A stretch of DNA of 63,869 bases, the filler included, from Lama guanicoe (Eukaryota), in the NCBI GenBank assembly GCA_013239625.1. It is 178 parts of 178 records of this genome, joined end to end, with 100 filler letters (N's around TTAATTAATTAA, not from the genome) between each part and the next. Parts side by side here need not be neighbours in the genome. Positions count along the whole stretch, not along the records: positions 13,640 to 13,898 come from PNXV01049831.1; positions 13,999 to 14,257 come from PNXV01049832.1; positions 14,358 to 14,616 come from PNXV01049833.1; positions 14,717 to 14,975 come from PNXV01049834.1; positions 15,076 to 15,334 come from PNXV01049835.1; positions 15,435 to 15,693 come from PNXV01049836.1; positions 15,794 to 16,052 come from PNXV01049837.1; positions 16,153 to 16,411 come from PNXV01049838.1; 170 more parts are not named here. One strand, 5' to 3'. The position numbers and the translations under genes are program-made. Below the pieces are notes generated by a model. It searched no databases. It was not told where the DNA came from and saw only the letters and a list, made by a program, of their open reading frames with translations. The stretch's first letter is position 1. Each line of letters starts with the position of its first letter. Of the stretch, positions 13,540-27,996 are shown piece after piece.

Positions 13540-15434
13540 NNNNNNNNNNNNNNNNNNNNNNNNNNNNNNNNNNNNNNNNNNNNTTAATTAATTAANNNNN
13601 NNNNNNNNNNNNNNNNNNNNNNNNNNNNNNNNNNNNNNNGTTTTCCACTCCTGATCTCATCACCTGTGAGACATTTCCTGTGATGGGTCGCATCATTAAA
13701 TCTAGACCAGACCAATCTCTTCTTTCCTGTGGATTACTGCTCTGGCTCTAGCAAATCTTGCTCTCTTTCAATCTTTTCTCTAAACAGTAGGGAGATTTGC
13801 AAGTGCAAAATATATCATGTCATTTCCAAATGGATACCTTTTGATAATTAATCATTGTTCTCAGTGCAAAATCCAAAACCCTGCAGGACTGTTAATGANN
13901 NNNNNNNNNNNNNNNNNNNNNNNNNNNNNNNNNNNNNNNNNNTTAATTAATTAANNNNNNNNNNNNNNNNNNNNNNNNNNNNNNNNNNNNNNNNNNNNTG
14001 TCATGAGAGAAGTGGATGCCAGGTGGTCTGCCTTCCAATTCCATCTTCCTTCCTCCCTGCAGAGCCCATGAAAGCCCATGAGTCATGGGAACACTCAAGA
14101 CCGTCCTACGACACAAGTTAATGGACGCGATTCCATATTGCCTTCTATTTCTTGGTTACAAAGAGAGATAGAGATGCTTTTACAGGCTATTCCTCACAGT
14201 TGATACTCGCACTGGTTTTGTAACCCATTCTCCCTTTCCAGGGTTGCCTCTCTGCTTNNNNNNNNNNNNNNNNNNNNNNNNNNNNNNNNNNNNNNNNNNN
14301 NTTAATTAATTAANNNNNNNNNNNNNNNNNNNNNNNNNNNNNNNNNNNNNNNNNNNNTGTAAAAGAATCTCTCTTTTGTTTTTTGTTTTCATTAACCAGC
14401 TTCTGTATTCAGGAAAATTAAAATAAACAACAAAATTCCCAAATAGTCTTTATCTATTTTAATGTACAAAGTCTCTAGGTTCACAATACATTAAAAGTCT
14501 TTGGAAGTTTATTTCCATGAAGGGCTCATCGTGTATTTGAAGAAGGCGCACTTGATCTCAGATAAAAAGGAAAGAGATTTGAAAAAAATAATAATAATTT
14601 TGAAAGAAGTGCCACCNNNNNNNNNNNNNNNNNNNNNNNNNNNNNNNNNNNNNNNNNNNNTTAATTAATTAANNNNNNNNNNNNNNNNNNNNNNNNNNNN
14701 NNNNNNNNNNNNNNNNTCAGAGGTCAAACTCCGACTGGTCTCTTCAGGGGCTTTTTCCTCTCCCCCCAGAGCCGAGCCTGCGATGGAGATCACGGGCTCT
14801 GGAGGCAGGGGGCACGGGCTCCGCCCCTGTGGATCTCAGTGATCTCGAGCAGGCTGCTTAAGCTCTCTGGCCTCAGTTTTCCGGGCTGTAAAATGGGACA
14901 GTCACTGTGGACCTGCCTCTGGCCGTGGTAGGGAGGATCAGAGGATGCAAAACACAAGAGACGTGCCAGGTAAGTNNNNNNNNNNNNNNNNNNNNNNNNN
15001 NNNNNNNNNNNNNNNNNNNTTAATTAATTAANNNNNNNNNNNNNNNNNNNNNNNNNNNNNNNNNNNNNNNNNNNNATGTGCTGAGTGGATGGTTGAATGG
15101 GATAAATGAGATGGATAAATGGGTAAATGAATGAGCATAGATAGCCCCTTACTGTTTTCAATGTGCATGTGCTGTGTAGGTGGATGAGATTATTATTTGT
15201 CCCCAAGTTTTATTGAGATATAATTAACATACAGCACTGTATAAGGTGTACAGCATAATGATTTGACTTACATGTATGATGAAATTATTACCATAATAAA
15301 TTTAGGAGTTAACATTCATCATCTGATGTAGATANNNNNNNNNNNNNNNNNNNNNNNNNNNNNNNNNNNNNNNNNNNNTTAATTAATTAANNNNNNNNNN
15401 NNNNNNNNNNNNNNNNNNNNNNNNNNNNNNNNNN

Positions 15435-15693
15435 ACAGAGATGTGCTGTCTCAGATCTGGAGGCCAGAAGTGTGAGATCAAAGCCATGTCCCCTCTGACG
15501 GCTCTGGAGGAGGCTCTGTTCTCGGCCTTCCTCGCAGCACTGGGAGCTCCTTCACTTGTGGTCACATAACTCCAATCGTTACATGGAGTTCTCCCCGTGG
15601 GATTGTTTATGGGTCCAAATGTCCCCTTTTCCTGATGACAACAGTCTTACTGGATTACAGGTCCACCCTACTCCAGTAGGAACTCATCTTAAC
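15435..15693. mobile_element. MLT1 (ERVL-MaLR) LTR fragment
   Basis: tctggaggccagaagtgtgagatcaa...gtccaaatgtcccctttt...ggattacaggtccaccctactccagt...ctcatcttaac. Confidence 0.75.
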
Positions 15694-16511
15694 NNNNNNN
15701 NNNNNNNNNNNNNNNNNNNNNNNNNNNNNNNNNNNNNTTAATTAATTAANNNNNNNNNNNNNNNNNNNNNNNNNNNNNNNNNNNNNNNNNNNNAGTACCA
15801 CCTCCCCATCCCTAAGATGAGGAGGCCGTCTTCTCTCTCTCTGAGCTAGTTCAGCTGATCTTCTAAAGTGAGAGCAAATTCCATCTTAAACAGAGTGTAT
15901 TCAACGTTAAAAGGCTGCCTTCTTTACAATACAAAACACGTCTGTATAAAACTGATCCTTCATGCCGGTGGTGTAAGGGAGAAGTCCTCGGGCCTGTGGG
16001 AGTGGACTGTATGGGGAATGTTAGGATAGCAGAGGCCGAAGGACACACAGCANNNNNNNNNNNNNNNNNNNNNNNNNNNNNNNNNNNNNNNNNNNNTTAA
16101 TTAATTAANNNNNNNNNNNNNNNNNNNNNNNNNNNNNNNNNNNNNNNNNNNNCCTTCAGCTCTGGACATGGTAGTAATCAAATCCGGTGGCAGGGCTGAC
16201 ATGAGCACAACTCAACAGACAATGCAGCATATCTGTCTTACATCTGGCTGCCGCTACCCAAGAGTTATTATGACGTCCAACAGTGGTTAAGTATCAGTAA
16301 TTTAAACCCCTGTGATTATAACTAAACTGCACCCCTCAAATAATACATTCATGTTGATTTCTCCATCCAGAAATATATATACAGTGAAAATTGGCCACCC
16401 CCTGCCCTCTTNNNNNNNNNNNNNNNNNNNNNNNNNNNNNNNNNNNNNNNNNNNNTTAATTAATTAANNNNNNNNNNNNNNNNNNNNNNNNNNNNNNNNN
16501 NNNNNNNNNNN

Positions 16512-16670
16512 AGACAACAAGGTCCTGCTGTAGAGCACGGGGAGCTGTACTCACTAACTGGTAATAACCTATAACTAGAAAGAACACCTGTAGATGCATA
16601 ACTGAATCACTATGCTGCACAAAATAAACCAACACAACACTGAAAACCAGCTATACTTTGATTAAAAACA
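16512..16670 (+). mobile_element. L1 3' UTR fragment (artiodactyl type)
   Basis: acaacaaggtcctgctgtagagcacgggga...actgaatcactatgctg...aacacaacac. Confidence 0.8.
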
Positions 16671-16870
16671 GAAGACTAGAAACCCAGTTCCTTGCTCATA
16701 CCCAACAACCAGACAGCAATCACATCACACAGCCTCCAAGGCCAGCACCCGGAGCCCAGGGTGAGCATCTNNNNNNNNNNNNNNNNNNNNNNNNNNNNNN
16801 NNNNNNNNNNNNNNTTAATTAATTAANNNNNNNNNNNNNNNNNNNNNNNNNNNNNNNNNNNNNNNNNNNN

Positions 16871-17129
<259 letters not shown>

Positions 17130-20101
17130 NNNNNNNNNNNNNNNNNNNNNNNNNNNNNNNNNNNNNNNNNNNNTTAATTAATTAANNNNNNNNNNNNNNN
17201 NNNNNNNNNNNNNNNNNNNNNNNNNNNNNGTTCTGTGTAGCAGCTGTCATTGTATTTTTTGCTTATCTCAGTCCTGTCCGCCAGTGTTATAGTTCACCAG
17301 CTGACACCCGCCTTGGCAGAAACGGAGGGCAGTGATTTCATGCCAAAGTAACAACGGAGCTCTGAACTCTGACACAATTCATCTTAGTTCTAGTTAGTAA
17401 AGGTGGACTCTTTGAGTTTCCTCTCCCTTCTGTTGAAGTATTTCCCCGTTGGAAGGGGAGAGGGAGAGGGAGGGGTGGAGGCAGGGGTNNNNNNNNNNNN
17501 NNNNNNNNNNNNNNNNNNNNNNNNNNNNNNNNTTAATTAATTAANNNNNNNNNNNNNNNNNNNNNNNNNNNNNNNNNNNNNNNNNNNNTATATCATTTTC
17601 ATGATTCTTGTTACCAGTAAGAGGACTATGGTAGCGGTTGAAGGTAAAAATTGAGACAGAGGAAATATACAAAGAATGACTTAGCAAAAATATTTCTTTC
17701 TACAAAGCTGTTCAAATAAAAAAGATGGATTCACTGTCTTTAGTTAACCCTTGTTCACTTACTTTCCCTCCCCGTCATGTTCTAATTATCTGGGACTATT
17801 ATTGGCTACTAGACTATGACATATTCAAACTATTGTCAGTTTCCTTCNNNNNNNNNNNNNNNNNNNNNNNNNNNNNNNNNNNNNNNNNNNNTTAATTAAT
17901 TAANNNNNNNNNNNNNNNNNNNNNNNNNNNNNNNNNNNNNNNNNNNNGAGGGAGGTGTTAGTCTGTTGCAATTAGCTAGGAGAGGAGATTAAGAAAGCAG
18001 TGAATGGTGGGTAAACTTTTTAGCTGAGGACAGTCTTGTTGAGTTGGCTTTTAATTGCAGGCTCCATGAATTGTCACAAGAGGGAATAGATCTTATGGAG
18101 GATGGACTTAGCCCAGGGCTCTTTAGAATGGACAAGTGAAACTGGAGAAAGACAATAAAATCTGTGCAGACATTAAAGTTCACTTGAACGTGCTCCGTCC
18201 CTGAGCNNNNNNNNNNNNNNNNNNNNNNNNNNNNNNNNNNNNNNNNNNNNTTAATTAATTAANNNNNNNNNNNNNNNNNNNNNNNNNNNNNNNNNNNNNN
18301 NNNNNNAGTATAAACTTGTTTATCAATTGTATATATACCAGGCAGTATCTGCAAATCTCAAACTCCCAGTTTGTCCCTTTCCACCCCCCTCCCCCTGACT
18401 CTTCTTAACATTTCCATTTATCAGAATTCTGCTGCTGCTTTGCATGATATTAAATAAAAATGGAATAGGTTATGAGTCATCATTTCAATTGATTTTTAAC
18501 ATGTTAATTTCATTACACCTTTATTTCTTTAATTTGAGCCCAATATATTTCAGGCCACTGAGTTTNNNNNNNNNNNNNNNNNNNNNNNNNNNNNNNNNNN
18601 NNNNNNNNNTTAATTAATTAANNNNNNNNNNNNNNNNNNNNNNNNNNNNNNNNNNNNNNNNNNNNTGTAAACACTTACTGTTTAAAACCATTATAACAAG
18701 CATATCGTCCAGCAAACCATCCGTGTAAATCTAGCAAATCAGTATTAACACGTTTCTCAAGCAGCAGCTTGACTATCTCCGGTGAGTCATGATGTACGGC
18801 CAGCATGAGTGCTGATCTAGAATAAAAGAGACAACTTCACTCTTAGGAACTTAGATAGCTCAACTTAGACAGTTAATCTGATCTATTTTACCAAGTTAAT
18901 ATCCTGCCCACCCCTGGAGAACTGNNNNNNNNNNNNNNNNNNNNNNNNNNNNNNNNNNNNNNNNNNNNTTAATTAATTAANNNNNNNNNNNNNNNNNNNN
19001 NNNNNNNNNNNNNNNNNNNNNNNNTAGAGACAGAATAGCTTCACTGACCTAAAAACTCTCCATGCTCTGCCTATTTAACTATATTAAGCCCTTGGCAACC
19101 ACTGACCTTTTCCCCATCTCCATAATTTTGCCTTTTCTAGAAAGCTATATAGTTAGAATCATACAGTATGTAGCTTTCTTCAGATGACTTCTTGTGCTTA
19201 TGCATTTAGGGTTCCCTCGTGTCTTTTCATGGTTTGATAGCTCATTTCTTTTTAGTGCTGAATAATATGCCATTGTCTGAATGNNNNNNNNNNNNNNNNN
19301 NNNNNNNNNNNNNNNNNNNNNNNNNNNTTAATTAATTAANNNNNNNNNNNNNNNNNNNNNNNNNNNNNNNNNNNNNNNNNNNNTCTGATTCATCATGATG
19401 AAACTGTCTTACCCTCAAGATCTAGAGATTTTGTTGGTCTGAGAAGTACCAAGCATTTGTTTGTCTTCCTAGTAACATCACAATTTCCCTATGAGAAACT
19501 GTCTCTACTCCATTATATGCAGCGTAAGTAGAATGGGAAATGCAGGTGCCTCATACAGGTGCCTTGTTTTCCTTGCAGAAGTAAGAAAAGCCAGATTTTT
19601 CTCCTTATCTCAAACAAAAAGCACATTCACTTAGCCAATGAANNNNNNNNNNNNNNNNNNNNNNNNNNNNNNNNNNNNNNNNNNNNTTAATTAATTAANN
19701 NNNNNNNNNNNNNNNNNNNNNNNNNNNNNNNNNNNNNNNNNNTTATTTCCACTCACACATGAGGGGACCGGCTGAGAGAGGCTGGAAGGCTGCTTAAAAC
19801 GCTTACACCTACAGGAGAGGTAGAGCCTTGCTTCAAAGCCATGTTTTCTGGGTTTAAGGTCAATGTTCTTCTGGATTGCCCGTTACAGAACGATTTGTAA
19901 AGCTACCGTTTGGGGGCGGTGTGTGCAGGGTTAGGGTTAGACCTGCCTGTATTAGAATCCCAGCTCTGTGCGGTCCTGGGCATGGTCTTTGAAGTTTCTG
20001 ANNNNNNNNNNNNNNNNNNNNNNNNNNNNNNNNNNNNNNNNNNNNTTAATTAATTAANNNNNNNNNNNNNNNNNNNNNNNNNNNNNNNNNNNNNNNNNNN
20101 N

Positions 20102-20150
20102 ACACACACTCGCACACACGCACACACACGCGCACACACACACATACACA
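20102..20150 (+). repeat. (CA)n/(CG) compound microsatellite
   Basis: Alternating CA with CG interruptions. Confidence 0.85.
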
Positions 20151-21178
20151 CCACTCCCCTCTGCGTTTCAAAGTCGCTATAAAGAAATTAAAGATGAGCG
20201 TCTCCAGAGTGAAAACACGTCCAAAGGGGGAGGGGTGACAGGGTCGGCGAAAGAGGGGGGGAGCAGAGTGGAGGGTCGGGTCCTGTAATTGTCCAGCACC
20301 CTAATTTGTGAAAGAAAGGGTTGTAAAAATTAAAGTCAGGCCCTTGGCAAAGTCACCCATNNNNNNNNNNNNNNNNNNNNNNNNNNNNNNNNNNNNNNNN
20401 NNNNTTAATTAATTAANNNNNNNNNNNNNNNNNNNNNNNNNNNNNNNNNNNNNNNNNNNNTATATATATATATTCACTTAGTGCTATGTCCCTAAGCCAT
20501 TGGACTCACCCCCTAAGCATCGCCAAGGGCTATCGGTGCTGAGAACAATGAATAATCACACAGTGTAACCCGAATAGATGTTACAACAGAGCCAAGATGA
20601 AAAACCTCTATAATTTCCTAACATTCATCTAGAGACAGGCAGATGAAGGCCCTTGGGCCAAATTCTGGTGAACACTTGCTTTTGTACACCAAAGAGCTAA
20701 GAATGGTTTTTACATTTTTNNNNNNNNNNNNNNNNNNNNNNNNNNNNNNNNNNNNNNNNNNNNTTAATTAATTAANNNNNNNNNNNNNNNNNNNNNNNNN
20801 NNNNNNNNNNNNNNNNNNNGTTATATTCCTCCATGACTTTTCACTCTTCATCAAACCTAGCACAAACATATTCATGTCTAACTCATTCTTTGGGTCTTCA
20901 TTTCCTTGTGAAGGTCCCTGTGTCACATAAAACATATTAAATAAATAAATTAATTTATTTTTGTCATTTTAATTTTCAGACTTAGCCAGGGATGCTAAAA
21001 GGACCCAGAAAAACTTTTCTCTCTCCTACAAGTTGGAGTCCTACTAAATCCTACAGACTCCAGCCTGTAAAACAAAAANNNNNNNNNNNNNNNNNNNNNN
21101 NNNNNNNNNNNNNNNNNNNNNNTTAATTAATTAANNNNNNNNNNNNNNNNNNNNNNNNNNNNNNNNNNNNNNNNNNNN

Positions 21179-21336
21179 GGTCCACTTGCAGGTGGATATT
21201 TCTCAATAGTAAATACTACAGCGTTACCTGGGGTCCAGAGTTGGCTGCACCTCCAGGTGCAGAGGAACCGGGGATACAGAGGGTCAACTGCAAGTTCGAT
21301 GTGGATTAACCCTGTACTGTTCAAAGGTCAACTGTA
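21179..21336. mobile_element. Tigger-family (TcMar) non-autonomous element, terminal part with TIR and TA target site
   Basis: ggtccactt...ggatatttctcaatagtaaatact...; ends tgttcaaaggtcaactg followed by TA, like the CAGTTGACCCTTGAACA TIR of Tigger2a/MER28-type elements. Confidence 0.75.
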
Positions 21337-22055
21337 GACTAAGACACCAAATTAACTACACAGTTCAAATGATACATTCTTTGAAAAGAATTTATGATAG
21401 GTGTGTTACATCTTAATAAAGCTATTATTAAAAAAAANNNNNNNNNNNNNNNNNNNNNNNNNNNNNNNNNNNNNNNNNNNNTTAATTAATTAANNNNNNN
21501 NNNNNNNNNNNNNNNNNNNNNNNNNNNNNNNNNNNNNAGGTCTATAGACTAGTATTGTTTCAACACTAATTTCTAGGTTTTGGTAACTGTGCTGTGATTA
21601 TATAAGATGTTAACATTTGGAAAAGTTGGGTGAGAGGTACACAGAAATTTGTTGTATTTTTTTCTGTAACTTTCGGTTAGTCAATTTCAAATTGGAAACA
21701 AAATAATTAAAGAGACTTATTTTTCTTGTTGTAAGTTTTCAGAAAATTAATACCAAGCTCCACATGGTCATTGTAAGTGAGGACCTCGATAGGAATNNNN
21801 NNNNNNNNNNNNNNNNNNNNNNNNNNNNNNNNNNNNNNNNTTAATTAATTAANNNNNNNNNNNNNNNNNNNNNNNNNNNNNNNNNNNNNNNNNNNNGATA
21901 TCATATGGTATTTTTCTTTCTCTTCCTGGCTTCACTTAGAATGACCATCTCTAGGTCCATCCGTGTTGCTTCAAACAGCATTCTTTTATTCTTTTTTATG
22001 GCTGAGTAGTACACTAATAGACTTTAAATCAGTTTTTTATTGACTCCTCTATAGC

Positions 22056-22155
22056 CAGTGGTTCTCAAACTCGAATGCACATCGGAAGCACCTGCAGGTC
22101 TTTTACCCCCAGGGTTCCGTAGGTCTGGGGAGGGGCTGAGAATTTGCATCGCCAG
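22056..22155. mobile_element. MER5A-like hAT-Charlie MITE
   Basis: cagtggttctcaaactcgaatgcacatcggaagcacctg...gtaggtctggggaggggctgagaatttgcat. Confidence 0.75.
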
Positions 22156-22973
22156 NNNNNNNNNNNNNNNNNNNNNNNNNNNNNNNNNNNNNNNNNNNNT
22201 TAATTAATTAANNNNNNNNNNNNNNNNNNNNNNNNNNNNNNNNNNNNNNNNNNNNAATATCTAAAGAGTGGTGATTTAAAAATCCTAAAACTCACTGAAA
22301 AGAAATATTAATTGACTACTCTCACAGAAAGAATTCTAAAATTACTCATAAGGACAAGTATGCTCAGCCATGAGGAACTCTGAGGAACAGGTGAAGGGGG
22401 GAGCGGCGCTGGTGCTAAGGTTGCTGTAGTTAATGGTCTGTCCATCCTATGTGTACAGGCAGACTTTACTTAGGGAGTTTGCCACCTTCATGGCAAAGCA
22501 TTCAAGAATTCCCANNNNNNNNNNNNNNNNNNNNNNNNNNNNNNNNNNNNNNNNNNNNTTAATTAATTAANNNNNNNNNNNNNNNNNNNNNNNNNNNNNN
22601 NNNNNNNNNNNNNNTACCAACCTTATCCCTTCACCGCAGTCATCTTTAAGCAAGTATAAAGAGGTCAAATCATGAATCAAGTTCAAATAATCAGGGGCTC
22701 TATTAAAACATAAAATTTCTAGAGGCCTTAAAGATGATGTTTTTAGCTTCTTGGATCCATTCTCCTTTCCATTTGCCCTTCTTACTCCTCGGTTTAGTTA
22801 CTCCCACACAGCTCTGGTGAAATAGGAAGGGCGCTGACCACCGTGGTGGGGGCTGGGCAAACACGCCCACAGGNNNNNNNNNNNNNNNNNNNNNNNNNNN
22901 NNNNNNNNNNNNNNNNNTTAATTAATTAANNNNNNNNNNNNNNNNNNNNNNNNNNNNNNNNNNNNNNNNNNNN

Positions 22974-23232
22974 AAAAAAAAGTTAATGTATTTAAAGGAC
23001 ACCATGAAAAAAGTGAAAAGACAGCCCATGGAAGGGAGAAGATATTTACAAATCACGTATCTGATAAGGCATTATATCCGGAATATATAAAGAACATTTA
23101 TCACTCAACAACAAAAAGACAACTCAATTTTTAAAAGAACAAAATATTTGAATAGGCATTTAGTTAAAATATATATAAACAACCAATAAGCACATTAAGG
23201 ATGCTCAGCACCATTAGTAAGAAGGGAAGAGC
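22974..23232 (+). mobile_element. Old L1 ORF2 3' fragment
   Basis: gacaccatgaaaaaagtgaaaagacagcccatggaagggagaagatatttacaaatcacgtatctgataagg. Confidence 0.85.
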
Positions 23233-24626
23233 NNNNNNNNNNNNNNNNNNNNNNNNNNNNNNNNNNNNNNNNNNNNTTAATTAATTAANNNNNNNNNNNN
23301 NNNNNNNNNNNNNNNNNNNNNNNNNNNNNNNNCCAAACCATGAGCCTGGGGCATCGTATACTACTGCAATGATACACGATTTCTCGGTACTCTAGACTGG
23401 CGATAAGCTGAATAGCTACTGTTAGGAGAGTGTGACCAGTGATGCCATCTGTCTCATCAATCCATGAGAATAGCATGACAATCGAATATATTAAAGGATT
23501 TGTCATATATTTAAAATAATAAGTTACTGTTAATTTATCCAGACTTGAGGTGGTTATGATACACAGAATACGAAGTGTAAATACCCAGAGGNNNNNNNNN
23601 NNNNNNNNNNNNNNNNNNNNNNNNNNNNNNNNNNNTTAATTAATTAANNNNNNNNNNNNNNNNNNNNNNNNNNNNNNNNNNNNNNNNNNNNTTTTTTAAT
23701 AGATAAAATAGAGCTAGAAACAGCCAAGTAAACTGAGTCAGTAAGTCTGAGGCAGAAAAAGCCACTTCCCCCTTAATTCTCATGGTTTTTAGGCATTTTA
23801 ACAATATGAGTGGACGGTGATACTTTCTTCAGAGGGCTCGAGTGATGAGAGTGAGTTCCCTTCGGTGCTAAGGATGACAGCCAATTAATTTGTTTGTGGC
23901 TCCTAATGACAGGGGATCCACGTGAGCTATTGCAGTGGGAACCAGAACCGNNNNNNNNNNNNNNNNNNNNNNNNNNNNNNNNNNNNNNNNNNNNTTAATT
24001 AATTAANNNNNNNNNNNNNNNNNNNNNNNNNNNNNNNNNNNNNNNNNNNNATTTGAAAATAATTTAATTTTATCTTACTGCATATACAAATATTTTAACG
24101 AGAAATTAACACAACATTGTAAATTGACTATACTTTAATATAAAAATAAATAAATAAATAGACAAAGTTTGGGGATAAACTGGGTCAGAAATAAATTTAA
24201 ACATGTTCTTTAAATTTATTGAGGATATGTTAACCAAATAATGAAATTAAACAAGATGCGTAATAGTGGAGAATAAACAGACAAAAACGCTTTCTGTAAT
24301 TGGTGGATTNNNNNNNNNNNNNNNNNNNNNNNNNNNNNNNNNNNNNNNNNNNNTTAATTAATTAANNNNNNNNNNNNNNNNNNNNNNNNNNNNNNNNNNN
24401 NNNNNNNNNGTGACACAAACACAAGCATGGAAATTCTTAATCTCAGTTTCTGTGCTTATCCCCAAAGACTAATCTGAAGAAGTTATGAACTCTTGTTGAT
24501 CCACAGTCAACATTCTGTAAGACATTAAGCTAAACTTCAACTTGTTGTTTCAATATCCAACTAGACATGGGGTACAATTCTAAATAAATGCTAAAAACTG
24601 TCATTGAGACTTGACTTGGAAGTATC

Positions 24627-24666
<40 letters not shown>
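24627..24666 (+). repeat. (TCTA)10 tetranucleotide STR, truncated by the contig end
   Basis: Perfect repeat. Confidence 0.95.
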
Positions 24667-26298
24667 NNNNNNNNNNNNNNNNNNNNNNNNNNNNNNNNNN
24701 NNNNNNNNNNTTAATTAATTAANNNNNNNNNNNNNNNNNNNNNNNNNNNNNNNNNNNNNNNNNNNNAAGAGGCTGGTGGGGTATGAAACCCTGTGACCCT
24801 TGTCTTTGCATTTTGTAGCAGGCATGGCTAGAGTGGTCACCTGACTCATGCTGGCTCAATTAAATTGTTTCAGGATTTTGAAATGGAGCGGCTCAGAAGT
24901 CCTAAACTTTCTGAAAGGGGCAAGCTAAGTGAATTCGGGTCTAAGGCAGCTACGTTTGGTTTAATAAGCAAATAAGTGGAACAGAAAAGGTCTGCTGGGG
25001 AGTAGGATTGGGGGAGGGAGAAGAGNNNNNNNNNNNNNNNNNNNNNNNNNNNNNNNNNNNNNNNNNNNNTTAATTAATTAANNNNNNNNNNNNNNNNNNN
25101 NNNNNNNNNNNNNNNNNNNNNNNNNTTTCCTGGCTGGAGACTAAAACGAAATACAGGACAGTGCAGTGTTAAGCATGGCACCTGGCCTGGTGACATCAGC
25201 ACCCCATCCTTTCCTTTAGTTGTACTACTAATTTTTTTCAGCATCACCAGAGCTACAAAACTCTGAGGATCTGAAAAAATCCTGTACCAAGGGACAAACA
25301 GTAATGTGAAAATGATAAGCCCTTACAGTGCAGCAGAAAGCATCCTTGCCAGCTCAGGACAAAACAGGCAATATAAATGGTACTNNNNNNNNNNNNNNNN
25401 NNNNNNNNNNNNNNNNNNNNNNNNNNNNTTAATTAATTAANNNNNNNNNNNNNNNNNNNNNNNNNNNNNNNNNNNNNNNNNNNNTCTCAGAGGTGCCAAC
25501 CAGAAGGAACTTCAGAGATTCGGGACTAACCAGGGGGAGCAGAGGCATGAGGAAGGAGGAGTGGAAAGGGGTGGCTAGTAGTGGGTGGGAGCGGTGGCTG
25601 CTCCTAAGAGCGTCCAATGTTGTGGGGAGGGTAGAACTTTTTGGCCAGGCTCTTTAATATGGATCCGCTGGGAATGGACTGGGAATGGGGTAAAGGGGAG
25701 AGGAATGGGTTAGGGCGGGCTTTGGCTGGGTTGGCTGGGAGGGNNNNNNNNNNNNNNNNNNNNNNNNNNNNNNNNNNNNNNNNNNNNTTAATTAATTAAN
25801 NNNNNNNNNNNNNNNNNNNNNNNNNNNNNNNNNNNNNNNNNNNAACCACCAAGACGGAGAAACAGGGAGAAATTTCTATCCTGCAAAGGACACTCACCCC
25901 CAGCCTTACCTGGTCCCCTTCAGCCTCCTCAGCTGTGAAATGGGGTAATACTTCACAGTGCACAGGGCTGTGGAGGAGGGGTGTGATGAAGGCCGTGGGC
26001 ACAGGGGCTGGACGGCACCTGGCCCCCATCCACCCTCAAACGGTAGCAAATAAATAGGGGTTTTGTCAATCCTGCCAGGCTGGTATTGAGGTTGTAAGAA
26101 GANNNNNNNNNNNNNNNNNNNNNNNNNNNNNNNNNNNNNNNNNNNNTTAATTAATTAANNNNNNNNNNNNNNNNNNNNNNNNNNNNNNNNNNNNNNNNNN
26201 NNGGGGTCAGCCATTGCTGCTGCACCTCCCCCCATTGTTGCAAGCCCCTCACCCTCTAACTGAAGTGACTTACATGGGAATTAAAGGGCCAGCACTTC

Positions 26299-26461
26299 TC
26301 CACAAACAATAAATGCTGGAGTGGGTGTGGAGAAAAGGGAGCCCTCCTACACTGCTGGTGGGAATGTAATCTGGTGCAGCCGCTATGGGAAGACAGTATG
26401 GAGACTCCTTAAAACACTAAAAATAGAGCTACCATATCATCCAGCAATCCCACTCCTGGGC
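26299..26461 (+). mobile_element. L1 ORF2 C-terminal fragment with junction near 26299
   Basis: tccacaaacaataaatgctgga...gagaaaagggagccctcctacactgctggtgggaatgtaa...ccagcaatcccactcctggg. Confidence 0.9.
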
Positions 26462-27638
26462 NNNNNNNNNNNNNNNNNNNNNNNNNNNNNNNNNNNNNNN
26501 NNNNNTTAATTAATTAANNNNNNNNNNNNNNNNNNNNNNNNNNNNNNNNNNNNNNNNNNNNGGAAATGAACCCTGGCTCTACACACAAACCTGTTCAAAC
26601 CTTAACTGACTGGACCAAGTTATTTCACTCGGATGAATGCGACAAGGATGCTCATGAAATCAGCTCTACTGGAGGCCATGAGTCATGGTGCCAGAGGAGG
26701 TGAAACGAAAACTGACACAACATTGTAAACTATTTGTCAATTTAAAAAATATTTGAAATACAATAAAAAATAGCAACTTCTAAAATTAGTTTTAAAGATG
26801 CTGCGACAAGCTGGATATTCNNNNNNNNNNNNNNNNNNNNNNNNNNNNNNNNNNNNNNNNNNNNTTAATTAATTAANNNNNNNNNNNNNNNNNNNNNNNN
26901 NNNNNNNNNNNNNNNNNNNNAATCTACAGAGTCAATGCAATCCCTATCAAAATACCAATGGCATTCTTCTTTCTTTTTTTTTCTCTTAAAAAGATTGAAA
27001 TCGTTGAATTCAAATTAACTATGGGACTCAAAAAGTTCCAGTTTCTAAGTTGCAAATGAACAAATAATGCAAAAATTCACGGACATTTAAAAATGTAAGA
27101 TTATTTCTTTTCATTGGATTCCTCTACTGGCACCTACAAAGAGAGAGTGGCCCACCCGTCTCGGGCCCTCTGCAGCCTTNNNNNNNNNNNNNNNNNNNNN
27201 NNNNNNNNNNNNNNNNNNNNNNNTTAATTAATTAANNNNNNNNNNNNNNNNNNNNNNNNNNNNNNNNNNNNNNNNNNNNATACTACATATCTGATGAGCT
27301 TTCCCTGTAACTCTTGTTTTTAAGCATAGAGATACTAGCTTACAGAATTAAGGACAATTTCTGTTCAGGCAGATGCCATTATCTGGACCTGAGTTGAGTT
27401 ACATTCCTGTCCTGGAACCTTTATTTAGGGATCAACTATCAAGGAAAGTATTCTAATTCTTATTTTGAGTCCTTAGACAGGATTTTATATAATTTGCTGT
27501 TCTTTCTCAGGTCTTTTCTTCATAACATTTTAGTTTTGNNNNNNNNNNNNNNNNNNNNNNNNNNNNNNNNNNNNNNNNNNNNTTAATTAATTAANNNNNN
27601 NNNNNNNNNNNNNNNNNNNNNNNNNNNNNNNNNNNNNN

Positions 27639-27896
27639 TGTTAATTTCTGGTGTACAGCATAATGCTTCAGTCATACATATACATACCTATATTCCTTTT
27701 CATATTCCTTTTCATTATAGGTTACTACAAGAGATTGAATATAGTTCCCTGTGCTGTACAGTGTAAACTTTTTGTTTATCTATTTTATATATAGTAGTTA
27801 GTACCTGCAAATGCTGAACTCCTAATTTAACCCTCCCCCTCCCCTTACCCACCTGGTAACCATAAGTTTGTTTTCTATGTCTGTAAGTCTATTTCT
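27639..27896 (-). mobile_element. L1 3' UTR (artiodactyl/camelid type)
   Basis: tttctggtgtacagcataatgcttcagtcatacat...ataggttactacaagagattgaatatagttccctgtgct. Confidence 0.85.
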
Positions 27897-27996
27897 NNNN
27901 NNNNNNNNNNNNNNNNNNNNNNNNNNNNNNNNNNNNNNNNTTAATTAATTAANNNNNNNNNNNNNNNNNNNNNNNNNNNNNNNNNNNNNNNNNNNN

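Noticed and set aside
23333..23591. Slightly CpG-rich AT-rich contig considered as contamination
   Set aside because: Only a handful of CpGs and no recognisable coding signature; cannot be supported without a BLAST search
26660..26700. ctactggaggccatgagtcat resembling the SNORD113/114 core
   Set aside because: No properly placed C box, D box or terminal stem
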